This document shows, piece by piece, positions 54,054 to 61,803 of a stretch of DNA of 64,000 nucleotides. Positions within the stretch are counted from its first letter, which is position 1; each line of letters starts with the position of its first letter. The translations under genes were made by a program, and so were the position numbers. This DNA comes from Syntrophus sp. (in: bacteria). GTDB lineage: Bacteria > Desulfobacterota > Syntrophia > Syntrophales > UBA8958. The stretch covers positions 2,714 through 66,713 of the forward strand of contig JANXZC010000158.1 of NCBI GenBank assembly GCA_025355725.1, read 5' to 3'. Below the pieces are notes generated by a model. That model was given only the letters and a program-made list of their open reading frames with translations. It had not been told where the DNA came from and did not search any database.

Positions 54054-55421
54054 ATGGACTTGTTGACCCGCTTGAAAATTCTCATCTCTCCCCTGTTCAC
54101 CCCGACGCGGATATTTATCCTCAGTTTTGCCGGGGTAATCCTCCTGGGGACACTGCTTTTGTGGCTCCCGTTTTCCGCCGGCAAGGGTCAGATTACCTTT
54201 ATCGACGCCCTGTTTACATCAACTTCGGCGGTCTGCGTGACGGGCCTGGCCACAATCGACATGGGCAGGGACCTCTCCTTCACCGGCCAGATTATAAGTC
54301 TGATCCTATTTCAGATCGGCGGGTTGGGCATCATTACCTTCTCGGTGGTCTTCTTCGGGATGATGGGCCGGGGGATATCCTTCAAGGAGCGGGAAATTGT
54401 CCAATCTACTTTTCTCCATACGCCCCGGCGGGACTTTCTGCCCATCATGAAGTGGGTCCTTCTTTCAACCTTCATAATCGAGGGGCTGGGCTCTCTCTTG
54501 CTCTTCATTCGCTTCTCCTTCGATTTGCCGGCGGGGCACGCTCTCTACCAGGCGATCTACCACGCCGTCTCCGCCTTCAACAACTGCGGTTACTCCCTGT
54601 TTTCCAACAACCTCGTTAATTACCGGGACGACTGGACAGTCAATCTGACGATCATGGGCCTCATCATCCTGGGGGGCATCGGCTTCATTGTCCAGTACGA
54701 AGTGGCCGCTCTCACCCGGGGCAGGATCAAGAAGCTCTCCATTCACTCCCGGATTGTTCTTATCACGACAGGGATACTCATTGTCGGCGGGGCGGCATGC
54801 TTCTACTTATTCGAGATGAACTCCCTGTTCCGGGAAGCCTCCTTCCAGACATCGTTCCTCGCCTCCTGCTTCCACTCCGTTTCCGCCCGGACCAGCGGTT
54901 TCAATACCGTGGATATCGGCCAGCTCACCAACGCCACGATTCTCATTCTGATTATTCTCATGTTCATCGGGGCCTCTCCCGGTTCGACCGGGGGCGGTAT
55001 CAAGACGACCAGCTTCGCTTTGCTGGTTTTCATGATCTGGAACCGAATCAAAGGCCAGGATGAGGTCAACATGTTTAACCGGACCATACCAAAGGAAATC
55101 CTCAGCCGGACCATCTCCATCACTATTGCCTCGGCCTTTTCCGTCTGCCTGATTACCTCCATCCTCCTTTTATTCACCGGCGGCGCCGAGGCTCCTCTAC
55201 AGAGCCGCCATTTCTTCGTAGAGTACCTGTTTGAAACCGTATCGGCCTTTGGAACCGTGGGTCTTTCCATGGGGATTACGGCAAACATGAATGACCTTCA
55301 GAAGTTAGCCATCACCTTGATAATGTTTGCCGGACGGGTGGGCCCCCTGACCCTGGCGTTTGCCTGGAGCGCCCCGAAGAAGGGAATCACCTACGCCGAA
55401 GAACAGGTCATGGTGGGATAA
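54054..55421 (+). CDS. trkH: Trk/Ktr-type K+ uptake membrane subunit (TrkH/KtrB)
   Basis: Four pore-loop repeats (TSAVCVTGL, AFNNCGYS, SARTSGFN, FGTVGLS). I chose the ATG at 54054; the 53874 extension overlaps lspA. Confidence 0.85.
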   Translation: MDLLTRLKILISPLFTPTRIFILSFAGVILLGTLLLWLPFSAGKGQITFIDALFTSTSAVCVTGLATIDMGRDLSFTGQIISLILFQIGGLGIITFSVVFFGMMGRGISFKEREIVQSTFLHTPRRDFLPIMKWVLLSTFIIEGLGSLLLFIRFSFDLPAGHALYQAIYHAVSAFNNCGYSLFSNNLVNYRDDWTVNLTIMGLIILGGIGFIVQYEVAALTRGRIKKLSIHSRIVLITTGILIVGGAACFYLFEMNSLFREASFQTSFLASCFHSVSARTSGFNTVDIGQLTNATILILIILMFIGASPGSTGGGIKTTSFALLVFMIWNRIKGQDEVNMFNRTIPKEILSRTISITIASAFSVCLITSILLLFTGGAEAPLQSRHFFVEYLFETVSAFGTVGLSMGITANMNDLQKLAITLIMFAGRVGPLTLAFAWSAPKKGITYAEEQVMVG

Positions 55422-55435
55422 AAAGGAGTAACACA

Positions 55436-56083
55436 ATGCAAAGGGTTATCGTCATCGGTTTGGGAATCTTCGGCGTCAATATCGTCCGGGAGCTTTATGA
55501 AGGTGGCTTCGAGGTTTATGCCATAGATAAAAAGAAGGACGCCGTACAGAAGGTCAAAGATTTTTCCACCAAGGCCATCGTCGCCGATGGCACTGACAAT
55601 GAGGTCATGGAGATGATTGGCGTCCAGGAAGATGACACCGTCGTCATTTCCTTCGGCGAGGACCTGGCCGCAAGCACCCTGATTACCCTGCACATGAAAC
55701 AGATGAAGGTCAAAAACATTATCGTCAAAGCCCCCAATGAAGAACACAAACTAATCCTTGAAAAAGTCGGCGCCACGGAGGTTATCATCCCCGAAAAGGA
55801 AATCGCCGGCAAGGTTGCCAAGAGTATCATCTCCCCGAATGTTCTCGACTATCTACCCCTTTCCGACGGCTACATGATCTTTGAAATGGCCCCTCCGGAC
55901 AGCTTTTTCGGCAAGACCATCGCTGAGTTACAATTACGGAACAAGTACCACATCGAGGTAATCGCCATCCGGGATGTCCTGTTGGACCGGGTCCACATGA
56001 TCCCTCAGGCCGGTTTTGTCTTCAAGGACGGGGAGGTGATGGTAATCGTGGGGAAGGAAACGGATATCAGAAAAATCAAGTAA
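55436..56083 (+). CDS. trkA: Trk/Ktr RCK-domain regulatory subunit (TrkA/KtrA)
   Basis: VIVIGLGIFGVNIVREL (GxGxxG) TrkA-N domain and a TrkA-C domain. An AAAGGAG RBS is present. Confidence 0.85.
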   Translation: MQRVIVIGLGIFGVNIVRELYEGGFEVYAIDKKKDAVQKVKDFSTKAIVADGTDNEVMEMIGVQEDDTVVISFGEDLAASTLITLHMKQMKVKNIIVKAPNEEHKLILEKVGATEVIIPEKEIAGKVAKSIISPNVLDYLPLSDGYMIFEMAPPDSFFGKTIAELQLRNKYHIEVIAIRDVLLDRVHMIPQAGFVFKDGEVMVIVGKETDIRKIK

Positions 56084-56114
56084 TAATGCTCCCTCACACA
56101 ACCCCGTCCCCAGT

Positions 56115-56136
56115 CTCCCCCTTGAAGGGGAAGGAG
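56115..56136. repeat. GC-rich hairpin repeat, degenerate copy (CTCCCCC-ttgaa-GGGGAAGGAG)
   Basis: It shares the CCCCTTGAAGGGGA core with copy 1 and lies between the convergent trkA and MBL gene ends. Confidence 0.5.
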
Positions 56137-56137
56137 T

Positions 56138-56887
56138 CTATATTTCTATTTCCATTCCATCAACTGTGGCAGCGGTGTTAGGGAAGATGACCCGGGCGTC
56201 ACCCTCGGCAACCTGCCGCAGGTCCAGGGTGGGATAGATCCGGGCATCGAAATGGACGAGGGCCAGGCGCTTGGCATTGGCCTCTTTTGCGATTTGGGCC
56301 GCCGTCTCCGGATTCAGATGGGGCCAGTCGTCACTGCCCTGGCCGCTCTGATAGGCGCATTCGGCAATTACCAGGTCCGCCTCCCGGGACAGGCGCACGG
56401 CATTCTCACAGTATCCGGTGTCGGGGCAATAGCCGATGACCTGGTTCTCCAGTTCGATCCGATATCCCAGGGTGAGAGAAGCATGGAGGAGGGGCCGGGC
56501 TGCCACTTGAAAGGGAAGTTGTGCGAGCTCGGCAGGCAACTCCAGGATCTTGACGGGATAAGGAAGATCTCCCAGGGCCAGCGTGAAAGGCTGATTGACG
56601 AGGGCATGCAGGATTGACCGGGAGCCTTCGGGACCGCAGATGGTCAGCCCGCCGGGAAAGGAAAATTTTGCCAGGGTGTGGAGCCCCACGACATGATCGA
56701 GGTGGAAGTGGCTCAGGAAGAGATAGACAGGTCGGCCATTTTCCCCCACACCATATTGGTCGGCCTTGGCGAGACCATTGCCCGCGTCGAGGAGAATATC
56801 ACAATCCGCCGTCTTCAGAAGGGTGCAGATCGTGTTGCCCGTGGCCGTGTCATACCAGCCGTTGGTACCCAGAAAAATGACTTTCAT
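56138..56887 (-). CDS. MBL-fold metallo-hydrolase (RNase Z/BN-like)
   Basis: KVIFLGTNGWYDT...LLDAGNG...LFLSHFHLDHVVGLH...HLNPETAA...LVHFD. Confidence 0.72.
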   Translation of the reverse strand: MKVIFLGTNGWYDTATGNTICTLLKTADCDILLDAGNGLAKADQYGVGENGRPVYLFLSHFHLDHVVGLHTLAKFSFPGGLTICGPEGSRSILHALVNQPFTLALGDLPYPVKILELPAELAQLPFQVAARPLLHASLTLGYRIELENQVIGYCPDTGYCENAVRLSREADLVIAECAYQSGQGSDDWPHLNPETAAQIAKEANAKRLALVHFDARIYPTLDLRQVAEGDARVIFPNTAATVDGMEIEI

Positions 56888-57183
56888 TAGCCGAGGATCG
56901 TTTTACGAGCCCTCTCCAGGATCTCCATCTTGAAGGATGGATAGCCCGGAATGGTCTGGTTGAGAAATTTGTTGGTGTACTGGGTGTCCCAAATGAGCAT
57001 CCGTTCGAAATCCGCCACTTTCCCCATAGGTTCCAGTTGTCTCGTCACCTCGGTGACAAAGAATTCCTCGATCCGGGTTGCATAATCCCGAACCAGAGCC
57101 TTTCTGCCCTCCGCGTCCAGATTCGCTAATTTGCCTTCCTTATCGAGCTCATCGATCCATTGTCCTGCTGTCTCTTGAAACAT
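56887..57183 (-). CDS. hypothetical 98-aa protein
   Basis: Its stop overlaps the ATG of the downstream MBL gene (TAATG), suggesting translational coupling. No family recognised. Confidence 0.5.
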   Translation of the reverse strand: MFQETAGQWIDELDKEGKLANLDAEGRKALVRDYATRIEEFFVTEVTRQLEPMGKVADFERMLIWDTQYTNKFLNQTIPGYPSFKMEILERARKTILG

Positions 57184-57245
57184 ATTGCCTCTCCCAATTA
57201 ACCAGTCGGAATTACCAAAATGCCTACGGAAAACCGCTTGCGGGT

Positions 57246-58142
57246 TTATGATTTATTTCTCTTCCGACCCAGGCCGGTCATCGCGGCAAGCGAAACTGAC
57301 GATAATATTATTACCCCCAAAAGGGCGGCGATTACCGATGATAAATACTCATGACCGATAAACGACGCCTTGTAGTCGTGCAGCGGGGCGGCAAAATAGG
57401 GCATGCTTTCGTGGAGAAGCCTGTATCGCTGGGCTACCCATTCCAGGCCATCGGGCAGCGGGCTGGCGAAGGGGGCCAGCAGCATTCCGCCGATCACCAG
57501 GAAAAGGGAGACGACATAACCTCTTCCCATACCTCCAAAGGAAGCGGCCGGGCTGCGGTCTTCCCATGTCAAGGCCTTCAAGATGCCCAGAGTAGTAACT
57601 GCTTCGCCAACTCCGGTGAGGGAGTGGACGGCGACCATGGCCAGGAGCGGCGCCGGATAGCCCCCGGCAACAGAAAGCACGAGTTCCAGGCCACAGGCGA
57701 AAGAGGCCGCGACCACGGAAATCCACGCAGCCACACCGGTAGCGATGAGGCCCGGTTTGAGACACCTGATGACGACGCCATAGGTCCCGGCGCCAATAAT
57801 AGCCATATTGAAAAGATTTGCCCCCAGCGCCGTGATCCCGCCATCTCCGAAGACCAGGGTCTGCACCGTAATAACGAGCCCCATGGCCAGAATCCCAAAA
57901 CTGGTTCCCAAGAGCGATGCCGCCAGGACCCCTCCGAGAAAATGCCCCGACGTCCCCTCCTGGACGGGAAAATTAAGCATCTGCAAGACGAAGATGATGA
58001 CCACGGTCTTTACAAAATCCAGCCGCGCTGGTTTCTTCTCATCTCTCAGGGCGGAATAAACGGCTGCCCCGACTCCTGTCATGGCAACGATGGACGTTAC
58101 CACTTCTACCTGCTCCACAAGCATGTGACCCGGTATATGCAT
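57246..58142 (-). CDS. CbiM/NikM-type Ni/Co ECF substrate-capture subunit fused to a PDGLE (CbiN-like) domain
   Basis: The start MHIPGHML (ATG at 58142) is the typical CbiM N-terminus. The protein is polytopic, and its C-terminal part contains SPLPDGLEWVA. Confidence 0.72.
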   Translation of the reverse strand: MHIPGHMLVEQVEVVTSIVAMTGVGAAVYSALRDEKKPARLDFVKTVVIIFVLQMLNFPVQEGTSGHFLGGVLAASLLGTSFGILAMGLVITVQTLVFGDGGITALGANLFNMAIIGAGTYGVVIRCLKPGLIATGVAAWISVVAASFACGLELVLSVAGGYPAPLLAMVAVHSLTGVGEAVTTLGILKALTWEDRSPAASFGGMGRGYVVSLFLVIGGMLLAPFASPLPDGLEWVAQRYRLLHESMPYFAAPLHDYKASFIGHEYLSSVIAALLGVIILSSVSLAAMTGLGRKRNKS

Positions 58143-58144
58143 GT

Positions 58145-59353
58145 TCAACCTCCTCTTTCTTTTCTATGCAGACGTCCCGCCAGATGGACGGCTTCTTCGT
58201 AAATTTCCCGCAGTGGTTTTCCCGATCTCACCGCTGCTTCTTTACAGTCTTCATACTCAGGGCTGCATTTTAATATTCCCCCGTCCTTGTATGCAACCTT
58301 CACACTGATGTCTCCATAGGGAGTGGCCATTTTAATAATTCTTCTGTCCAGTTTCTTTCTGTGAAAGGCGGTTTTCCTCAGACCGATGGTCGAGGTCTCC
58401 CGGAACAGGATATCTTCTATTATCTGCTCATCTTTCTTAAGACAGATCACGGAAAGTTTCTGTCCCGGCCGATTTTTCTTCATCATAATATTGGTCAGAT
58501 AGACATCGAGGGCGCCCACGGCCAGTAGTTTGTCAAAAACATAACCATAAAGTTCGGGATTCATGTCGTCAATATTGGTTTCGAGAATGACCACCTCCAC
58601 CACTTCCGGGAGCGCACCAGAGATGACCCGCAGGACATTCGGCAGCTCGCTGTCCCTCTGCCCGGCACCGTAGCCCACCCGTTCGGGAATGATTTCCGGG
58701 AGGGGCAGGTAACCTTCACAAACGGCCTTTAATATAGCCATCCCCGTGGGCGTGGCCAGCTCTCGGGCCGGTGTGACACTGGAATAAACGGGTATGCCTC
58801 GGGCAAGTTCAGCAACCGCGGGGGCCGGCACGGGAAGAAGCCCGTGAGCACAGCGGACAAAGCCGCTCCCGAGGTTCACCGGCGACGACAATACCCGGTC
58901 CGGTCTAAGCAGTTGGAGACAGACGGCAAAGCTCACAATATCCACGATGGAATCCACGGCCCCGATTTCATGGAAATGAACCTCATCGATGCCTGTCCCA
59001 TGCACGGTGGCCTCCGCCTCCGCAAGGAGAAAGAATATCTTCCTGCTCAAGGCCCGAGTATCTTCTCCCAGACCGCTGGCGTCAATAATGGCATAAATAT
59101 CAACAAGGTTTCGATGCCCGTGGTGATCCTCCCGGCAATTCACGATAAACTGTTTGCTCCGGATACCATTCTTGACAGTTTCCCGAATATCGATTTCATA
59201 TTCATGAAGGTTGAGCTTCCGAAGCTCCTGCCGGAAGAAATCGACGTCAATGCCCAGATCCAGCAGGGCCGCCACGGCCATATCCCCGCTGATTCCAGAG
59301 AAACAGTCGAAATAGAGGATTTTTTGCCCGTCCGAATTCACTTTTCCATCCAC
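58145..59353 (-). CDS. larC: nickel-pincer cofactor biosynthesis protein LarC (nickel insertion, DUF111)
   Basis: ILYFDCFSGISGDMAVAALLDLG...HFHEIGAVDSIVDIV...TPTGMAIL. It is a single uninterrupted ORF. Confidence 0.85.
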   Translation of the reverse strand: MDGKVNSDGQKILYFDCFSGISGDMAVAALLDLGIDVDFFRQELRKLNLHEYEIDIRETVKNGIRSKQFIVNCREDHHGHRNLVDIYAIIDASGLGEDTRALSRKIFFLLAEAEATVHGTGIDEVHFHEIGAVDSIVDIVSFAVCLQLLRPDRVLSSPVNLGSGFVRCAHGLLPVPAPAVAELARGIPVYSSVTPARELATPTGMAILKAVCEGYLPLPEIIPERVGYGAGQRDSELPNVLRVISGALPEVVEVVILETNIDDMNPELYGYVFDKLLAVGALDVYLTNIMMKKNRPGQKLSVICLKKDEQIIEDILFRETSTIGLRKTAFHRKKLDRRIIKMATPYGDISVKVAYKDGGILKCSPEYEDCKEAAVRSGKPLREIYEEAVHLAGRLHRKERGG

Positions 59354-59388
59354 CTATGGCCCCTCACCTGGTACCCGCTGTCTATTGC

Positions 59389-60141
59389 CTATTCTATCTG
59401 CCTGATGATCAGGGCTGCCAGATATGCGGCCCCGAAGCCATTGTCGATGTTTACCACGCCGATCCCGCCGGTGCAACTGTTGAGCATCGCCAAGAGGGCG
59501 GAGAGGCCATGAAAATTAGCTCCGTAGCCGACGCTCGTAGGAACGGCGATTACGGGCTTGTCCGTCAGGCCCGCGACGACACTGGGGAGGGCTCCCTCCA
59601 TGCCGGCAACGGCTATTATTACCGACGCGCCGTTAATCCTTTCGAGATTAGCGAAAAGACGGTGGATACCCGCGATGCCGACATCATAAATTCTATCCGC
59701 CCCTATTCCCAAGCATTCGGCCGTGACAGCGGCTTCTTCCGCGACCGGAATATCCGTGGTCCCAGCCGTGACGACAACTATTTTTTTCGAACATTTAGGA
59801 AACGTTCCCTGGTCTATAAAGAAGATTCTGGCCTCCTCGAAATACTGGGCGCCGGCAAACTGCCCCGTCAATGCCCGGAACTGCTCGCGAGTGCACCTCG
59901 TGCCAAGCACGGAAGATCCTCTTTCCCAGATCCCGCAGGCAATGCCCAGCAGTTGATCAACCGTCTTGCCGGCGCAAAAAATGATCTCCGGAAATCCTCG
60001 TCTTATTTCGCGTTGATGATCGATTTTGGCATAGTGAATATCCTGGAAGGGCAGGCCTCCGAATTTTTCCGCCGCATCGGTAACTTTGAGGCGCCCTGAC
60101 CTGACTTCTTCGAGGATTTGCAGCAATTCTTCTTTTTTCAA
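59389..60141 (-). CDS. larB: nickel-pincer cofactor biosynthesis protein LarB (AIR-carboxylase-like)
   Basis: AKIDHQREIRRGFPEIIFCAGKT...IVVVTAGTTDIPVAEEA...AVAGMEGALPSVVAGL...PVIAVPTSVGYG. The TTG start overlaps the larE stop. Confidence 0.85.
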   Translation of the reverse strand: MKKEELLQILEEVRSGRLKVTDAAEKFGGLPFQDIHYAKIDHQREIRRGFPEIIFCAGKTVDQLLGIACGIWERGSSVLGTRCTREQFRALTGQFAGAQYFEEARIFFIDQGTFPKCSKKIVVVTAGTTDIPVAEEAAVTAECLGIGADRIYDVGIAGIHRLFANLERINGASVIIAVAGMEGALPSVVAGLTDKPVIAVPTSVGYGANFHGLSALLAMLNSCTGGIGVVNIDNGFGAAYLAALIIRQIE

Positions 60142-60956
60142 AGCCCCACTCCCCGTTGTCGGTCCGTTTTGTACCCTTCGAGATCGAGGGAAACATACTT
60201 GTATCCGATGCCTTTCAGCTCTCTAGCGACGTCGTCCATGAGACTCCCCTCAAAAAACGCCGCCCGTTCTTCAGGAGTAACCTCAATTCGTGCCACCTCC
60301 CCATGATGCCTTACCCGAACCTGCCGGAATCCTTTTGCCAGCAGATAATCTTCGGCAGCCTCTATCATAGCCAATTTGCCCGGCGTTATTTCTTGCCCAT
60401 GAGGAATGCGGGTGGCAAGACAGGAAGACGGAGGCTTATTCCAGGCGGGTACTCCTTTTGAAGCCAGAACGAAGCGGACCTCGTCCTTCGTAAACCCGAT
60501 ATCCCGGAGGGGGGAAAGAACGTCCAATTCACTAAGTGCCCTCATCCCGGGACGATCTGTAGATAAATCATCATGATTCGTCCCGTCGAGGATGCACGTA
60601 GTCCCATAGGCGGCAAACACTTTGTCTTTTATCTCCGTGAAGAGTTCCTTCTTGCAATAATAACAGCGTTCCCGGGGGTTATTGAGAATGCGCGGGTCGG
60701 AAAATCCTTTTTTTTCTATGATCAGATGCTCCAGGGTCAGCGATGACGCAAGCTGTACTGCCATATGCAATTCCTGCCGGGGAAAAAACGAGGAATCGAT
60801 AGTGACGGCGATTACTTGCCTACTGCCATTATCATGAGCTGCGGTCAGCAGCAAAAGGCTGTCCACGCCGCCGGAGAAGGCGATCGCCGCTTTACCGATA
60901 CCTTGTATCGTTTCCTTTAAATCACTGAATTTGCGCCAGGCATGCTCCGGGTTCAC
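60138..60956 (-). CDS. larE: ATP-dependent sacrificial sulfur transferase LarE (PP-loop ATPase)
   Basis: PP-loop AFSGGVDS and the candidate sacrificial Cys in PSSCLATRIP. Its position is upstream of larB-larC. Confidence 0.85.
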   Translation of the reverse strand: MNPEHAWRKFSDLKETIQGIGKAAIAFSGGVDSLLLLTAAHDNGSRQVIAVTIDSSFFPRQELHMAVQLASSLTLEHLIIEKKGFSDPRILNNPRERCYYCKKELFTEIKDKVFAAYGTTCILDGTNHDDLSTDRPGMRALSELDVLSPLRDIGFTKDEVRFVLASKGVPAWNKPPSSCLATRIPHGQEITPGKLAMIEAAEDYLLAKGFRQVRVRHHGEVARIEVTPEERAAFFEGSLMDDVARELKGIGYKYVSLDLEGYKTDRQRGVGL

Positions 60957-61053
60957 TTACACCTTCCCTCAATAATGAAACATGCTGTTTTGTATATGCG
61001 ATTCCCCTGCGGAGGGCAAGACCGAAAATGCCCTTTTGCCTGTCATTTTATCC

Positions 61054-61100
61054 TTGACAAAAACAGCGATAGCATTTATTCTTTCCATCATTTGATGGAA
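61054..61100 (+). promoter_or_regulatory. sigma70-like promoter (TTGACA-17-TATTCT) abutting an 8-2-8 inverted repeat TTCCATCA-tt-TGATGGAA, a candidate TetR operator
   Basis: TTGACA at 61054-61059, TATTCT at 61077-61082, and perfect 8-bp arms at 61083-61100, ending 20 nt before the TetR ATG. Confidence 0.45.
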
Positions 61101-61120
61101 GCAAACAGTGGAACATACCG

Positions 61121-61753
61121 ATGGCTACACCTCTCGAAAAAGCCCATAAAGACCCCGAATCAATGAAGGCGCGCATCCTGGCGGTCGCCTGCCGTATTTT
61201 CGGCGAATACGGCTTTCACGGAACGACCACGCGGATGATCGCCCAGGAGGTCGGCATCGACATCTCAACCCTCCACTACCACTGGGGAGAAAAGAAGGAT
61301 CTCTACGAGGCGGTAATCCTCGACATCAACAAGGACCTCGGCCAGAAACTCATCGACGTCGAAAAAATCATTCATGGCCTGCCGTTGAGCGAGCGCATGG
61401 CCATCGCCATTGACACTATGACGGATTATTTCTTCGCCCGCCCCGAAATCTCCAATATCATGCTCTTCCGCTATATCGCCAAAACACGGGACAATGTCGA
61501 TCTGCGGGTTCCCGAATTCACAGCAGATATCGCCCGTTCCATGGGGCTGACCAGGAACTCCCCCCATCACACGCCGCCCCGGGCCATGCTGGAGGTTCTC
61601 GCCGTAATGAACGCCATCCATAACTTCATCTCCGGAGAGAACTTCTTCCGCCCCATGGTTAACCTGGAGCGGGAGGAATACATCAAGACCGTGAAAGAAA
61701 CGCTGAAGTTTGTTTTAATTCCCGCATTTGTCCAGAGAGAAGGAGAAACATAG
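61121..61753 (+). CDS. TetR/AcrR-family transcriptional regulator
   Basis: N-terminal HTH ILAVACRIFGEYGFHGTTTRMIAQEVGIDISTLHYHWGEKKDLY. Confidence 0.85.
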   Translation: MATPLEKAHKDPESMKARILAVACRIFGEYGFHGTTTRMIAQEVGIDISTLHYHWGEKKDLYEAVILDINKDLGQKLIDVEKIIHGLPLSERMAIAIDTMTDYFFARPEISNIMLFRYIAKTRDNVDLRVPEFTADIARSMGLTRNSPHHTPPRAMLEVLAVMNAIHNFISGENFFRPMVNLEREEYIKTVKETLKFVLIPAFVQREGET

Positions 61754-61803
61754 ACGAATTTTGACATGACATTTTCAAGAAATATTAACAGGAGGTAATA
61801 ATC

